Assembly: GCF_032062105.1 (NCBI RefSeq)
Contig: NW_026919281.1
Location: 62,001-126,000, forward strand
Reading direction: 5' to 3'
DNA from: Saccostrea cucullata
Taxonomy: Eukaryota
DNA: 64,000 nucleotides
Part shown: positions 38,648-49,496 of the stretch, one piece after another
Layout: every line of letters starts with the position of its first letter
Position numbering within the stretch: the stretch's first letter is position 1
Translations under genes and position numbers: made by a program
The notes under the pieces: generated by a model
The model's input: only the letters and a program-made list of their open reading frames with translations
Told to the model about the DNA's origin: nothing
The model's database searches: none

Positions 38648-40681
38648 TATTTTGAACCGTGACTGGGTTATGTAGTTTAGAGACTTGTTTATTTAGAACC
38701 GTGACTGGGTTATGTAGTTTAGAGACTTGTTTATGTAGAACCGTGACTGGGTTATGTAGTTTAGAGACTTGTTTATGTAGAACCGTGACTGGGTTATGTA
38801 GTTTAGAGACTTGTTTATGTTGAACCGTGACTGGATTAGGTAGTTTAGAGACTTGTTTATGTTGAACCGTGACTGGGTTATGTAGTTTAAACTTTTTTAT
38901 CTTGAACCGTGACTGGGTTAGGTTTTTAAGAGACTTTTTTATGTAGAACCGTGACTGGGTTATGTAGTTTAGAGACTTGTTATGTAGAACCGTGACTGGG
39001 TTAGGTAGTTAAGAGACTTGTTTATATTGAACCGTGACTAGGTTATGTAGTTTAGAGACTTATTTATGTAGAACCGCGACTGGGTTATGTAGTTTAGAGA
39101 CTTGTTTATATAGAACCGTGACTGGGTTAGGTAGTTTAGAGACTTGTTTATGTTCAACCATGAGTAATGTTGAATAGTGACTGGGATATGTAGTTCAGTG
39201 GCTGGGTTACACTGTTCGGTGACTGGGATCTGTTGAACCATGACTGGATTAGTAGGTTTCCCTGTGTATCGGATTTTAGTTTCCAATGAACTTTTTTTTA
39301 TGAGTTATGTGAGTTATGGCACAGTTGAACATTTTATTAGGTTATGTTGAACACCTATATCATCATATATTGCTCGTTGAACGTTATTTTATTTCTAGGA
39401 CCTAATTCCTTTTATCCAGGTTCACATTTAGAGACTAATTACCTAGCGTTATATGGGCTGGATTCCTTATAACAACCTTCTTTTTGTCTCGGTAGATTAA
39501 CATACTTAATCAAGTAAATAATATTCTGCAGTACGTGCACATCCCAAGTACTAAAGTAGGTCACTAGTTCTACTTTGGCATGCTTGTGTATAGAAGTGAT
39601 ACTAATAGGTCATGAAATTTAGTATGTTTACTATTAAATACCACAAACTTGGTGAAATCATTTTTTCGCTTGGATGTCATAATATTATGTCTCCGATTAA
39701 CGATTGACAATCGAATTAGTTGCCACACATCAACATGTTTACAAAAGTATATTGCATCGGGATCGTATATGTGTTCTATTACATAAAACCATACCGGAAA
39801 TAATATTCCCGGAATCCAAGACTAGGTTATGTTATAGACTCTACCGAAGAATTCATCCTTAAACAAGGAATTCCTGAACTGGACTGCTGAACACCATTGT
39901 AGTAATTATTGAAATGTTGGAGCGAGACGAACTTTCAAGACCAAAGAACTTCTAGGTCATTGCGCATCACAACATAAGAATACGGCAGCCCATTTGTGTA
40001 ATAACTGCAATTTAATTGGCATTTTTTTCATCTCAGATGTAAATATAAGTGATAAACAGCAATGTTAAAAACTTTACTGCTAAATTTAAAAACTTTACTG
40101 CTAAATGAACTTAGTTGGTACGAGATCAAATCTACTGAGATGCCCATGAACAATTTAGTACATTTCCCAGAGAACTTTTTAACCTTGTTGTTTATTTCTT
40201 AAATAAAGTAATTTTCTTACTTTTATTCCGTTTTTCTAAACTTATTAAAATTAACAAGCTTTAAGTATTTCATCAAATACATTAGGGTGATGGTTTATGT
40301 TTATTTTAAGGTCTGGCGATACGTTCCTTTATATTATGATTTTTTTTAATTAAATTTCTAGGCAATGCTGGTAATACAGAAATCCCCATAATTATCATCC
40401 TTGTTACTTGTAAACTGTTTTAAAATGCTTTAAAGTATATAAAAAATTAATATAAGCATTTAAAGTGATATACAATACATTTTGTTTATAATTGTAAACA
40501 CGTATTACAATTTGTTTCCACCCGCAAACTTTCTTTGAAATATAATATCAGGAATTTCCTAAGCTAGTGTTGTTGATAAATTACACTCTTTTCTCAAACA
40601 TATGTTTGATGATCATTCGTTGAGTCTACAGAAAAGCAACAATTGTTCAAGCACAGGATTTTTTATTATTTCCTTTTTCTT

Positions 40682-42558
40682 TTACATTGTTTCTTTGTGT
40701 TCCGTTTTGTTTTTTAATTTTCTTTTAGCTATCATTGCAAGTTTTTCAGAATTTTCACGGGCTTGAGGAAACAAAAGACGAAAACGAATATCTTTGTAAG
40801 AGTCACGCAGTTTGCGAAGTGTATTTTTACAATTCCTGATATGTCCCGTCTCCAAATGACAAAGAAACATCACAAATAAAGTGTATGATTTGTCATACAT
40901 TATGAAGTAATTCATCGGAGAAGCACGAACATCACTTTTAAGATCTTCGGGATAACAACAGCTATCTTTGGGAAAGTACATAAACCATGAGCAGTATTTT
41001 TCTATTAGATATGTAAAATTACACTCAGGTTTGCCAATATCAGACAATAATAATCTATTATAAATAATTCCCAACGTTGGGCTATCTGTTAATTTGTTGA
41101 GAACATGACAGAGCACTTCTATTGCAGAATTATATTTTCCATGGCAATACCACAGTGTCGCTAAGAATAGTCCTCCAGATGCTAGAAAATTCCGTTCCAA
41201 AATGAAAGCTGATTCCGCTGACAGTAAGTACTTAGTAAAACCAGTCAGAATAAACTTTTTATAAAGAATGACCCCAGCTATTCTTATAACACTTATGAAT
41301 AGATATTTCAGCGCCGCAACTGTTCTTTCATCTTTCTCACTTTCTAAAAGCTGAAATATTTTTACAATGGAAAGCATACATGTCTGAAACGTTGTCTGGT
41401 GCCCTTTCACATCCTTCAATGCCTGAGACAATGTAATCAGGTCTCGTAATTTTTTTGGTGCTTGTTGAATCAAACGAGCAGGGTTATTAAAAGATGAAAT
41501 TCTGGTTAAATTTACAAGATAATATGATAAATTGAACGTGATTGAGTGAATAAACAATGTGTTGCTCAAGAGCACAGAAAGATTTCAGCCACTGGATGCC
41601 TTTACATCGCCTTTTGTGGGACCCTTTGGTACAACATGCATCAAGGTAACACGTTTCTCTAACAGACGTGATTTTAAATTATTCCAAAACTTTGTTGAAA
41701 ACTTCCTCAAAATCTTATTTGAGGAAATTGGGTATACAGGAAAGCAATGGCAAACATCGTTTCCCGTCGGTGTGTATGATGTAATACATGGTCAGTGACT
41801 TATGCAATCAGTGCATTTATTAATGCTGTATTTGTAGCATTCTTCCAAAACTCAATCCTAGAAACATAATCATCATCAGACACTTTGCCAAACTTTTGTG
41901 GATAACGTACAAGTTTACAGAAGCTTGGTTTGCAACCAATGTCACTTGCAATGAATTTAATATATCTAGAGTATGTTAATCCTTCTAATTCTATGACAAC
42001 AGTTTCTTTTGTGTATGACCACATTATATCAAGATCACTCCAATGAAATTTAAATCCTTCAGCAGAACTTCCAGAAATAAATTCATCATTCATCTGACTA
42101 ACATTCTTCACATTCACATAGACTCTGTTTATTTCTCTCCTCAATTTAATATCTTCCTCTGTGCCTATTGCAAAATCTAAATATTTCCAAAGTTCCCTGG
42201 TATAGAAATCCATCATTTTTTTAGTAGGAGTCGATCCTTTTACATGAAATATAGCAAAAACATGTTCAGGCATTTGATCGTATTCTCTTACAAAACATTA
42301 TTTTAAAAAAAGGATTTTTAAATTTGTGTTAAATTTTATCAACGGGCGTTTATAATTTTTAAAGAAGTACGAGTATGTAGATTTATACAAACATGGATTT
42401 AAAAAACAATAAAGAGAAAATCGAAATTCGGTCAACTTATCAATAAAGGATCGCTAAATAAATGGATTTAAAAATTATTTACCGTGTTGTAAGGATTGCA
42501 TTTGAAGCAAACGTCCTCCCGTTAAAAATTGCCATGTTGTCTTTTTCAATTCCTCCAT
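40682..42558 (-). pseudogene. cGLR/Mab-21 copy 3, pseudogene (exon 1 at 42483-42558, exon 2 from 42236)
   Basis: Homologous to copy 2. 1-bp deletion near 41850; nonsense GGA>TGA in the HGP motif at 41792-41794; 1-bp deletion near 41604; ~314-bp deletion at ~41527 removing the YGLLK..SSYHLKT..CPNYF segment. The C-terminal ~280 codons remain open. Confidence 0.88.
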
Positions 42559-43675
42559 TTCGTCAGGCTGTCACAAATTCTCGCATGCTCTCAGGCAAGA
42601 TCATTTGTTCTATTTAATATCATCCTTTTTATAGAAGTAAGGAATTACATCATAGATACATGTATTGACTGTTTGTTTGGGGACATTTGCTTGGTAACTT
42701 AATGATTGTATGGTGGCATATCTGTGTCTTTAACATACAATTATGTTTACTTGCGAAAAAGGAATGTTGAGATGTCTATCATTTTTATCAGCATGCAAAA
42801 AATTATGTGACATGCATTTTATTATTCTCTGAATTTAAAGAATTTAATTCTAAGGTAAACTAACTTACTAACGTCATTATATGACATCATACAAGCAAGG
42901 TGCTTCGAAACACAGGAGTCCAAAGTTTTTACCGTAACTTTAGTTGATTACAGTCAAGGATGAGCCATCAAGGTGGACAAAGGGCCAAGCACGGTCCGTA
43001 GTTCTCAAGCAGCTTAGATTATTGAACTTAAATAAATAGCACAAACACTCCGGATACTGAATTAGTCACAAAATTCTTCTGACCAAACCCAAACCTATTG
43101 TTTTTTTAGTCGAATGTGGGTATTGGGGGGGGTATGGTTACGATTAAATTTTCAAACTCCTATGAACAGAATTTATTGGAAATGCGACTAGTTTATATAT
43201 TTACATGCGAGATAATAATGTAAATATCTTGAATATTACATGTATGACAACATGCAAGATAATTGTGTAGACATGCAAATTATTTATGTCAACATGCAAG
43301 ATAATATTTCATAGAGATCTTTAAATGACGGTATAAATGTAAACAATTAAACGCAATATGAGGATTGATTGTAAGTTACGTAAAATATGATACTGTCTGA
43401 TCCCCGAATAGGAGTAGAAAAAAGAATCGATGGCATATTAAAAAAGGGCGCATATTATAAATTAATCAGTAAACAAAGGGTAAGATCGAAAGGGGTAATT
43501 TGAGTCCTCAAATTAGAAGAGCCTCGTGTAATCGGTGGTCAACATGCGGGTATCAAAATACAAGTGACCCGCTAAGCTGACCAAGTGACCTCATACCATC
43601 CTTGGCTAGACGTAATCTATTCATATTTTGGCAAAAACGTGGATAAAAGAACTTTACTTTGAAGGAACTTTACAA

Positions 43676-44873
43676 CAGGGATGACCGGTCACGGTAGTCT
43701 AGTGGTAGAGTGTTCGCTTCGTGATCGGGAGGTCCGGGTTCGATTCTAGATCGCGGCGCCGCGTCATACCTAAGACGTAAACATAGGAAGTGACTGTTCC
43801 TTCGCCAAGCGCTCGGCACTAAAAGTTAAAGTCACGGATATGACCTTAAAAACATAGGACACGTGTCACGGTAGGCGCTGGCACGATAAAGAACCCTCAA
43901 TGACCCTGAGTGATGAGTATAGGTCAAAATTTGAAGCCCTTCACCGGCATACGATGACGTCTCCAAATGTGTGAAAAATTCTCGAAAGGGACATTTAACA
44001 AAATACAATCAATCAATACAACAGGGATACGGTAATTTAAAAAAAGTAATTATAATTTATCGTTATTAAATACATTTGTCAAAGTAATTGGGAGTAATTT
44101 GTATTTGAGCCACCTTTCAACTATATTTTATTGAATGTATTTATTGAATGTATTTTTAATTACTTTTCAATGTCATTTTAATTACTTTTTTTCAAGTTCA
44201 AAGTGTAAAATTAAAATTCTCATAATTGTTTAATTTGTGTATACAGCATGTCACTCTGCTCGGGGCAATAGGTAGAGGTCTAATTTTGTCCAGGTTTAAA
44301 CCCATTCCCAAGAACAAATACATTGAATAAATGTTCTCTATAAAGAAAAACATCTTATTCAAAATCAGACATGAATTCAAGTGTATAAGGCGAATTTAAT
44401 GTCCCTGAAAATGTTTTAGAAATTTTAAAGCTAAATGTAAACAATGTGAATTTCACATATTTGGCACTAAAAAGAATACTTCTAACATTCTTACACATGC
44501 GTCTTAACTGCACCAGCAACTTTGACACCCCCTGAAAGACTTTAAAGAAACGTCTGGGAAAATCTTCGGACCAAAAAAAAATGTTAATCGAGTGATACTG
44601 TGTTTGGTGATGAATAAAAGCTATAAAACATTTCAGTAAATAATGCTTTGTGTATCCCAATGCTGTTTATACAATATATTTGTTCTCACGAATTTAAAAA
44701 AAAAATTAAACTAATGTAATTGAAATGTATTTAATCACATTTTCTAGATAATTGAGTGTAATATTAATTACTTTTGAAAAAATCAATGTAATTGTAATTG
44801 CATGTAATTGACAAAATTAGCAATGTATTTGAAAGTAATTAATTACGTTTCAAAGTATTTGACCCCAACCCTG
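43676..44873. mobile_element. hAT-like non-autonomous element (left end interrupted by the SINE)
   Basis: CAGGG...CCCTG termini with an 8-bp TSD CTTTACAA (43668-43675, 44874-44881); gtaatt/aattac subterminal motifs; empty site in the paralogous block near 16470. Confidence 0.75.
43683..44016 (+). mobile_element. tRNA-derived SINE (Nin/Deu-core-like)
   Basis: Pol III A box (tagtctagtggtaga) and B box (gggttcgattc) in a tRNA-like head; central ggcacgataaagaaccct core; (CAAT)n tail; 12-bp TSD TACAACAGGGAT at 43671-43682 and 44017-44028. Confidence 0.88.
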
Positions 44874-47348
44874 CTTTACAAGCATTTTTAAAATTCTTAT
44901 GGAATCCCCTATATTAATACCCACACTAAATTCATAAATAGTAGTAGCATATTTAAATTATAACTCACCTAATGACATAAATAAATCGCATGTTGAACAT
45001 AAATAAACTGCAGGTTGAGATAAATATACTGCATGTTGACAGCTGAATCTGATGACTGTATTTCTACAACTGATTTGGTGGAGATACAGGAGGTGACATC
45101 TGATCTATTTCTTTAATTTGCTGATTTGATTAATTTTTGATAGGAAGACACATTGGCACACTAAGGTTGAGGTTGAGGGGATGAGGAGAGTCACAATTCA
45201 AAATTCTGAATTTAATACTAGACTTCAAGTCCACAATGGCTTAACTCCTAGCTGCTCTTTGAGCATTATGTATTTTACTGTAATTTCAATTTCGAAGTCA
45301 AAATCCGTTTCTTCCAGCAAGCTCAGAAAGCATATCTGAGGTTTCCGAGGTTTTCTGAGCTTGCTGAAAAGACCCATACAAGTAGATAAGAAAAACAAGG
45401 TATTCATTACAATTTTAGAAACAACAGTCTTGGTTTATATGACTCGAATTACTGTTTCTTTTTCTTCATTTATGTGCAGGTTAGAAAAAAAAAAACTTCA
45501 GATCACATGTTTTATCAGATGATAAAGACTAAATTAACATAACTTCCAAACATACTCTTAGAAGTCTTTTTCCCCGAGAGGCGGAATTATCCCGAAAGGT
45601 GGTATAACTGGTGCAAAAAACCGACGGCATCCTAAGATGCAGACATGCCTTAGATTTATTCGAACCTGACACCCTTAATCAAGCATTTGGTCAGTATCTC
45701 GTACGTCAAATATTATTAAGAGTGTTTCCTTGGTATTAATGGACATTTTCGGTTGGGTGAACTTCTACAGCTGTTAGCGGCTACGGATAAAGAAGTGTGG
45801 AAATCATGTTGTGCCAAAATGAAATAACTAATGCAAACAAATGATATACATGTAATCTAAATCAATCAAAATGGTTATTAGATACATTCAATTTTGCATT
45901 TTTAAACAAAAAAGTTCAAAACAAGGAAGGATTCCATACAATATCATGTTACACCTGCGCAAAATACCAAATGCGAAACCTCAATACTACTCAGGCAAAA
46001 AGCATCAGGGGGGGGGGGCTTTTTTCTCAACATTACTGTTACTATTGAAAATGTTCATTGAAATGCTGGTTGCCCCCTTTTTACTACAGTTAAGGTATAT
46101 CAGGGAAATGTAGTATTGTATGCCAGAAAAAAAGTTGGCATTGAAAAAAAATTAATTTGACTCTACACCCCCTCCCTCCCAACACAAAATAGGATTTTTG
46201 TGTTTGGGCAATTTTCCTTTTGGGATGGGGCTTGTCAACTTTTTCAGGTAGGTCAACAAAAATTCTCCGGTTTGCCCTCCACTTCTAAAAACGATGCTTT
46301 GTCACTGCTACTAATTAATAACATATACTCATTATATATGAATCACAGTATTTCTGACCTCTTGAAAATAATATAACTTTAGTAATCTTGCAAGTAGGTT
46401 AGCAACATTAGCTTGGGCTAGTACGAAAGATAAATTTGGAGTTTGGCTCTAAATAATTTGTGGTATAAATCTTGACTTCAAATTCTCCATCAGAAGTTTG
46501 AAGTCAAATACATTCTCGAAATGTAGGTTATAAAACTCACGATTAATAAATATGCGTGGTGCTGAAAGCTGGGATGAGCTTTACCACGATAAATGAAATA
46601 CTGGGAACGAATTCCAAAAAAAATTCGATGTGTTAGAAATGAATTTTTACAATGGCATATGAAATTCATGGTTTTATGAAACTTACAGGGGAAGTGGAGC
46701 GCACCTCCTTATATAATCATGCAACTTATTATAATAAAATTAAAAAAAAATAAAGAAAAATTTATATAGCTGTCCCCCGCATCAGCACTCGGCTTGTGGA
46801 GGAACAGACACTTAGCATCAGGGGGCTAGGAAGACCTGCTCCCCCAATGTTAAAAAATAAACGTTATACTCTTGAAAATGTTCCTTGAACATTGCCCCCC
46901 CCATTCCCCCTTTTTTTGCAGTATAGTAACATAATCTAAATAGGGTAATGTTGTAGTTAATGAATAAAATTTAGTAATGAAAGATATGAACCTATTCTTC
47001 ATGTCAGTTTTCTTTGAGATAGTCCAATTTTTCTGACTCTCCTAACCCCCCCCCCCCTTCCACACACACACACACACACACACACGATAAAAAATGATGC
47101 TACCTGCTTGAGTTAATTTTACTTACTGGTGTTCACCTTAAATGCTTGATTATGCCCTCAAACTGGAATAATTCTTAAGGCCTGGAATATTTGTTAGACC
47201 AATCTATACTATAAACGCAACTTAATTTTTATTTTTTTTTTTAAAAAAAGACAAGGTTATATGGTATGTATTATCTACATATTCTATGTACATGTAGTTC
47301 TTATTAAAAAAAAAACCTTAGCGATGTTTGACGACATCCCATTCAAGA

Positions 47349-47477
47349 TGCACAGGGACTTGCTCCCAGCGTGTAATAATTATTTATTAAAAAATCATAT
47401 ACCATTATAGTTTTATTATTACGGTATATGATTTTTTAATAAATAATTATTACACGCCGGGCGCAAGTCCCTGTGCA
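47349..47477. repeat. ~130-bp palindrome
   Basis: tgcacagggacttgc..gcgtgtaataattatttattaaaaaatcatatacc mirrored by ggtatatgattttttaataaataattattacacgc..gcaagtccctgtgca. Confidence 0.85.
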
Positions 47478-47559
47478 AGGTGTAAAAAAAAACAGTTTAA
47501 AATACTTTATATACTAAATTACTTAAAATATTTTTGCGCATAATGCACTCCATACTGAA

Positions 47560-48990
47560 GATCCGTAGTTGCTAGTTTGTAAATGTTCACGCAACCGAAA
47601 ATGTCCAATAGCACATGTCATTTTATATTAGTAAAATATCCCGCCTCATCAGGGGTTTCCCTTATGCATAAATTAACCAATTTCCTTAAACTTCATTTGA
47701 TTTTAATTTGAATCTAATGATAAGATCGCCTATATTCTTTAGTTTGCTGTATGCTTACATAGGGGTTTTGTGAATAATTCTTTGCATACATCGTCATCTA
47801 GTATGTAAGCCCAATAGTTCCTAAGTCGTTTCTTTAATCGCGAAATACATATGTTAAACTTAATGACCGGAACGTTGGGTACCACCTTTTTGTTGTGTTC
47901 TTTGATTTTTTAAAGATCCATTCTATTTGCAGTAATAGTTTCTTGCATAGTAGGTTCAATTTCGGAATGTTTATAACCTCTTTTGTTCGAGATGATTTTT
48001 GAAATCTTTAAAGATAATTTGCAGTACAGCTTGATCACTATTATTTCTCAGATGTTTGGTACATTCTAAGCCAAGCCCTTGAAAATTAATGGGCTATGAG
48101 CACTTGTCTATGCAAGTATTGGAAGATGTAATTAAGTAGGTATGATATAAAAGCGAATGTCTAATCGCTGGCTATCGAAGAATCTTGTTTCTTTGAAAAT
48201 ATTATTGTCTAAGAAATTGACACTTGTGTAAGATATTTCATTAGTAAATTTCAAATTATCATGACAAGGGTTCCCTAAGTCAAAAATATTCTTAGATATC
48301 ATCCGGGCATCCAATAATAGAATAAAGCCGTCATTTTCGAAATCTGCCGTGATAAATAAGTTTGTTGGCATTCTGAAATTAAGATATTACATCTTCATTG
48401 ATGTCTTTCATACGTATATCTGTAATTTATGATGACTCGAAAAATTATTTTCAAAAAAAAAGATAAAGATCAGAACTGCAAGGTAGAGGTAATCCAGATG
48501 AGAATTGTCTGCTAAATATGCTTTCTCGACAGAATGTAGCAATTCATCAAATTCCATATTAGTGTTAGTGCTGGTCACATCATAAGTAACAAGGATGACA
48601 TTTTCAGGTATAATCTAAGATTCAATTTTTGTTTAAAGTCAGGTGTGTCTTTGATGTAAGAATTCTGTTTCTGAACAATGTGCACCACGAAATGATCACA
48701 GTAGTGACCTATTTTTTCAGTTGGTGTGCCGCATTGAGAGAGACTTGGCCGACCATGTGTAATTTTTCGGAGGCTGCATTGGCTCCGAGAGCTGAGTATA
48801 GATTGAATTTGCGGTCCCTTCCGGAATGTTGTGGTGTCCATGGATAAGTAAAACATTCTAGAAAGGGACATTAAACAAACAGCAAACGAACAAGCAAAAC
48901 TATTTTGACCCAATACTGCGCTCTTTCACGTGCCTGCATAGGCAACGACTGAACCAAACTTGAATAAACTCTACACTAGGATGTAGGATA
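47560..48990 (-). mobile_element. Decayed Penelope-like retroelement (RT and probable GIY-YIG remnants)
   Basis: GRPSLSQCGTPTEKIGHYCDHF..IVQKQNSYIKDTPDF and LKFTNEISYTSVNFLD..LDIRFYIIPT resemble Penelope RT motifs; many stops and frameshifts. Confidence 0.75.
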
Positions 48991-49496
48991 TTTCATAAAA
49001 TGATCTGAAAATATATTAATTTTCTTACTTTTTGTTTTGTCTAAACTGATTAAAATTAACAAACTTTAAGTACATGTATTTCATCCAAAAAGTTGAGGTG
49101 ATGGGTTGTATTTACTTAAAGGTTTGGCGACACGTTCCTCGAATAATTGGAGTTTTTTATATAAATTTCTTGGGAATGCTAGTAATACAGAAAAATCTAG
49201 AATTATTATCGATGTGAATTCTAATCTGTTTTCAAGATGCTTTAAAGTGTACCAAACATTGAGACATATACATTTAAAGTGCATTTTATTTATATAATAA
49301 CACACATTACATTTGTTTTCACCTGCAATTTTTTTTCAAATTTAACATCAGGAATTTACTTAGTTAGTGTTATTGGTACATTTTACATTTTTCACTTAAC
49401 TATAGCTTTGAAAAATGATTATTAATTAAGTCAAAAGAAAAGCAACAATTGTTCTGTCACAGGAATTTTTATTATTATTTTTTTGTTTTACATCGA

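Larger units (their letters stand above)
37520..39260. repeat. 42-bp minisatellite arrays in opposite orientations (37520-37880 and 38105-39260)
   Basis: Unit gaaccgtgactgggttatgtagtttagagacttgtttatgta and a related reverse-complement unit; explains the repetitive YINKSLNYITQSRF and SMLNHDWVMLFS ORFs. Confidence 0.9.
36406..39845. mobile_element. Mutator-like (MULE) non-autonomous element carrying opposed 42-bp tandem arrays
   Basis: ~65-bp TIRs starting GGTAGAGTCTATAACATAACCTAGTC; 9-bp TSD GAAGAATTC at 36397-36405 and 39846-39854. Confidence 0.8.
34502..39858. mobile_element. Kolobok-like DNA transposon (TTAA target), with a Mutator-like element inserted in its right terminus
   Basis: TTAA at 34498-34501 and 39859-39862; termini AGATGTATTCTTCTCA / GGATGAATTCTTCTGA (right one reconstructed after removing the MULE). 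The empty site is visible in the paralogous block near 5595-5610. Confidence 0.65.

Noticed and set aside
37520-39260. Regular 42-bp array resembling a CRISPR array or a repeat protein
   Set aside because: No unique spacers, no cas genes, eukaryotic context; the ORFs are translations of a minisatellite inside a TIR element.
42217-42273. N-terminal extension MPEHVFAIFHVKG of the ORF at 41800-42273
   Set aside because: This ATG is in frame only in copy 3 (one extra base relative to copy 2); the sequence upstream of 42236 is intron under the two-exon model.
43683-43755. tRNA gene
   Set aside because: The acceptor stem is not well formed and the head continues into a SINE body with a (CAAT)n tail and a 12-bp TSD.
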